From NCBI GenBank assembly GCA_001949185.1, contig BDGG01000003.1:3393158-3457157 (forward strand): 64,000 nucleotides of DNA, read 5' to 3'. Numbering within the stretch: position 1 is the stretch's first letter; each line of letters opens with the position of its first letter. Of the stretch, positions 58,442-64,000 are shown in pieces. This stretch comes from Ramazzottius varieornatus (Eukaryota > Animalia > Tardigrada). Under the pieces are notes generated by a model that was not told the DNA's origin, made no database searches, and saw only the letters and a program-made list of their open reading frames with translations. The position numbers were made by a program, and so were the translations under genes.

Positions 58442-59998
58442 ATGCACCGGAATGGTCAAAGCATTGTTTCAAAGTCAACCCATGCTTGTTTTCTGTTTAT
58501 CCTTTTCTTGTTACTCTTTTTGAATATTCGGAGTGCCTTGGGACGGGGGAAGCTGAGAAGTACTGGTAGAGGAAGATACGACAGAGTGATGGAGCCCAAA
58601 GCAGAATTAGAAGACTGGTCTGAGCGACAGAAAATGAGTTATTATTCAGGAAATCCGGAAGCAACGGACAATTTGAATTTTGCCAAAATCAAACACAGAC
58701 GATTAAGGAAAAACGAAGCTGCAAAGATGAATACTAATTTTGATACTTATAATGACCTTCGGCCAAGTTCTGAAGTGTTCGACGGACGAAAGTCATCGTC
58801 GGACTACGATAAGTATGGCGTCGAAATGCAAGGTCAAATGGACTATCCAGTCAGCGAGAGGAAATCGAAGTCTCGATTTCAGCAGTTCGACGAACCTCAT
58901 CCCGAAGAACACAAACCTGACGAGCATAAGCCAGAGCAAACTCACCAGATGCTGGACGAAGTGAAGAAACTAGAGGACGAAATTCGAAAGCTCGAGCAGG
59001 CTGAACGAGCTTCCGCTGCCGCAAAGCCTCCGAGCACCAACACGACCATCAAGGCGAACATTTCTTTCCCATTGAAATGGAAGCAATACAGAAATCTGTC
59101 TGAAGGTAATCATCACATTTTAGTGCATACCGTAGTTTTAAATGAATAAGGAAACCGAGATAATTTCCTTGTTGTCCCAGTGGATACGATGGATCTGAAG
59201 TACGAGGTTTCGGGGAAGGACACGCTGACGGTTCAGATAATATTCTTCATCATCTTCCCATCACTCCTTCTGATTCTGTTCCTCTACCTGGCCATTACGT
59301 TATACTGGACGAAGGTGAGATCGGTTTGCGCAGACCGAATTCAAAAACGGAAGCACTGTTTTGATTTTTGATATAGTGCTGGTTCTGGAGGGTGGTGCCC
59401 CCCGATCGCTTTTATAAATTTGAGCGGTACGAGATCGAACAAGACGAAGACCCTTCTGACTTGGCGTAAGTCGACTGCCACCGTACTGTCCATGTTTGCT
59501 CAATGACAAAACGCTGTTCTCCGTTTTCAATCTTCCAAACTTTATTTGCAGTCCGCTACTAAAAATGCCATTGCAAGCTGCGGTAAGTTGAGCACTATTT
59601 CAGAAACATGATCACCACATGAAACAATGTGGTGTTTTTAGCAAGAGGCCGAAGAAAGAGAGCAAGCTCGGCTAGAATCTGTGCCACCAGAGGTATCACA
59701 CCGCCCAGTTTTTTCCCCTGTTTGAATATTCGTTCCTTCGCGGGAAGTAGAAACTACAGTCAGTTATTTTTGATTGCAGTACGTTACTCCTCGGGATATA
59801 ATGGAACGCGAGAACGGTCCGAAACGACCACAACGTAAGAAAGATCGGGATCGCGGCAATGGTACCGACGACGACTTTGGTATCTCAGACTACGACACGG
59901 ACGGTAGAGGCGGACGAAGTGCCAGAACCCCGGACAGAACAGACGATGACTCTACAGACAGAGAAACAGAGCGCCAAAGGAGAAAACTTAGAAGATAA
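58442..59998 (+). CDS. Uncharacterised signal-peptide plus single-TM protein, multi-exon
   Basis: N-terminal hydrophobic FLFILFLLLFL, charged/coiled ectodomain, TM IIFFIIFPSLLLILFLYLAITLYW, Arg/Asp-rich tail. Confidence 0.55.
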
Positions 59999-60105
59999 CG
60001 GTTGCTACTAGAAATCTTGTGCGAAATCAGGACAAGGAGCCCTAAACTGCAGGAAGCACTTCAGAGGGAAAAGCCCTACTCTGGTTGCACTGATACTTCC
60101 GGTGC

Positions 60106-62374
60106 TCAGTGAGGCGCTCTAAGGCCGCTTTTGAAATCTTTCACACTTCTTGTTAGAATGGCAGACATCAGCTGCTTTCGTCTTTTGTACTGCGTTTCTT
60201 CTTTGGCTGGTAGTCTTGGAAGGATTCGCGCCGCCAAGTACCAAAACTGGTCCCATGTTAGGCCGGCTTTTATGCCCGCTGGTTGATCCATGACTGCCTC
60301 TATAATTTCCAATGCTTTTCTGCAAAGCAATGTACAAACGCTATTCTCCATACTCTGACTAATTTTTCTGAATTGCAGCGGCTTGATTTGAGTTTACGGG
60401 TCAATTTAGTAACCTGCTATTTCCTTACTCGACTTGCTCCACGGCGAAAAGCGTCGTGGCCCTATTGTAGAGCGCGCGAGGGAAACCGGGAAAGAGATTC
60501 AGTGCCTTGTCTTGGAACTCGATCGCGCTGTCCAGGTTTTTTAAGTTATGGTGGCAGGCCGCAATTTGGTTGAGCACGGAAGGACTTTCGGGGCTGTGAG
60601 CTGCCACGGCTTCGAAACACCGCAAAGCAGCTGCGAAGTTTTCGAGCCCAAAGTACAAAATGGCTTTGGCCCACTAGGGACAAGAAAATAACATCATTAG
60701 AAAAGCAACGGTCACGATACGAGTCCCGAAAGTTGGGGCACATACGACAGCAGAATTTAGTCACCTGCAACGATGCGTCGAATGTGGCACTTTCAGCTGA
60801 TACTTCATGTGAGCTCAGGATATTGACTACTACGGTCGAGCTGACTCTGGATAAGGGAAAGCACGACTAAAAGCAGGATCAGGTAATGTAACTTCTGTAT
60901 AATTATACTGACCTGGCGTGCGGGAAGGAATGATTTGACAGGTTCTGCGTTGAGCAACAGGCTTTCGCTGCGTCGTCATCCATGATGCCCAACATCTCGA
61001 TGCACCATTCAAAAAGCACGGCAGAGCTGGCTGCTGTGTCTCCTTCATTGGCCAGACACGTAGCAAGAAGCAGATGGACAAGACTTCTTGCGGGATCCTC
61101 AGAGGAACTATGCTTCAGAAACCTAAAAATAACACACAAGTACAGTATAACCATGCTAAACTAAGATTGGGACGACTTTCTTTCCTATTTTATGCACTCA
61201 CTGAACGCAAGCTGAGGTCGCAGAGGCATCGTCTTGGAGCAAGTACTGACACAGGGCTAGCAGAATCCATCGCTGCAACGAAGAAGTGAACGCTGTCGCG
61301 GACTATGGACCATCGATGAACAAAGCACAGCAAATTGTTCGGCCTACCTCGGTTACTTCCGGGTTGTCCACCACTGCAGATTCTAAAAAGTTCAGCGCCT
61401 CGATGATGTTATTCTGAGCCATCAGTTCTTTTCCTCTCTCAAATGCAGATTCCGTCTTCTCCAATAGCACGCTCTTTCTTTCATATATCTACAAACAGCA
61501 AGGATTTCATTACAACCGCGGATCATTCTTCTGCAAGTGCGAAGTCCACTTGACAAAACTTTACAGTAGAGTTTTCGATCACGGACTCGTTGAAGAACCG
61601 ACAAAATTTCATCACAGCAGTATTCGAAGAGGATGCTCCACGAAGTTCCAAACATGTCAAAAGGCATGCATGCATACGACTGTGAAGAGCCATTTCCCAT
61701 GTGGGATTCTGAACTTCCATCAGGTAATCCGGACCGGAAGTTGGTGTGCAGTCGTCTCCATGGTCATTATCGCAGTGCGATATGGAATCCTGCTCGAGGT
61801 GACCCGAGAATAATCCTTCGCTGTCTTTGACTGTGTCTGCGCAATCCAACCCCATAGGTTTTTGTTCGAAGCAGTGCCGGAGATGTGTGGCGAAAAACTG
61901 TGGCTCGGCGACGAACAGCGTTCGGAGAGGATCAAACAGACCGGAAGTGCCCATGTCACTGCTTTGCGCCTGGCCCTGCAAATACAAGCAGATTCCTGGT
62001 CACTGCAACATCCCATAGATTTGCGCTAATGGATACCCCGGCTGCAAGTCAGTCCATGTCGCTGGTATGACTATGAAGGCAGTCGACAAAGGTGCAAGAA
62101 TGGTGATTAACAGCCAAACCGATCCGCTTACCGCCTCTGTCATCGACGAGAACATTATGTGGACCGCATCGACTGGAAGCTCCGCTAATGAGCCAGCCCC
62201 GTGACCTGTGCACACGTTCTTAACAGAGGATCCAGTGCAGTGGATGCCATCTGCTGTGGCCGGTGTGTCCGCGTCGTCGCGTGAGCTCCAGTCCAACTCT
62301 TGCACCAGATTTAGGACGGGATTCCCTTCCGCACAGCCACTTTGCACTAGCTTATCCAAAAACGTCTCCATCAC
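60106..62374 (-). CDS. Putative TPR-containing protein, multi-exon; boundaries uncertain
   Basis: TPR-like LYFGLENFAAALRCFEAVAAHSPESPSVLNQIAACHHNLKNLDSAIEFQDKALNLFPGFPRALYNRA; several minus-strand exons with splice sites. Confidence 0.55.
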
Positions 62375-63032
62375 TATACAGCTTCCCGTCGAGCCCAGAC
62401 GTCAAACCTCTCGTCGAACAAAGCAGGAGAAGATCAAGCACGCCTGGATCAGGACATTCGATTCTTCCGAAAACAGAGAAGCATAAAGCAAACGTCACTT
62501 ATGTCAGTACTCGTAATGCCATGACATGTCATACAGGACATGTCGTTATACTTATATCACGTCATATAACCCGAGCATTTCCCACCGCCCGGCTCGTTTT
62601 AGAGCCGGAAGTCGTGCGGACTTCCAACTTTTCGAGTGTCTGTCGTGTCCGATTGCGGTTTTGAACATACCACAGTAAACTTAATAATGTCAAACACATG
62701 AGATCTTGAAGCAATGTAGACTACACACTGACCGCGCTGACACTTCACAATTTTTCGCTCGCGTTCCTATCGAAAACAATAAATTATCGCTGGTGGGAAA
62801 CTTTCGAGTCTACGAGGTAGCCGAGACTTATTTCATCTTTACTTCAGCATATGCTTTTAGGTATCTTATTTCAAACTTTTAAAAAATTTGCAGAACGCCA
62901 GGTTCCTTCCTCAAAGCGACGATCGGTTTGCAAAAAATAAGCGCGGATACGTATAAAAGTATTTTAACGTACGAATAAAACTTTCGGAGCATTCAAAGGG
63001 CGTTTCTGTCAACCTCCCCCCAACTCCCTGCT

Positions 63033-63988
<956 letters not shown>

Positions 63989-64000
63989 CCAGACAACCTG

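Overview
Gene-dense eukaryotic (animal) genomic DNA with many short GT-AG introns. The compact layout suggests a small-genome invertebrate, possibly a tardigrade; this is inference and cannot be confirmed here. About 20 intron-containing genes were recognised: NSDHL, ECHS1, kinesin heavy chain, phospholipase D, NPDC1/CAB-1-like, peroxiredoxin-6, TPRKB/CGI-121, SAM50, COX7A-like, a GLUT-family transporter, ERH, CLPB/Skd3, NSE3/MAGE, a TopBP1-like BRCT protein, a multi-repeat (BEN-like) nuclear protein, ACSF3, SURF4, and a few unknowns. DNA transposons include a near-intact pogo/Tigger element (118-bp TIRs, TA TSD), a decayed hAT element, and several MITE-like elements. The most interesting observations are: (1) an orphan protein with three novel C-x7-C-x4-H-x-C motifs, an HMGN/Dsup-like RRSSARI motif and four BEN-like repeats; (2) a GLUT whose C-domain glucose-binding residues are nearly all replaced; (3) a TopBP1 lacking its central BRCT repeats; (4) a dispersed ~90-110 nt mostly intronic hairpin family showing compensatory changes; (5) a pogo element sitting in an apparent 5'-UTR intron of NSE3. 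Exon boundaries were assigned by eye and are approximate.
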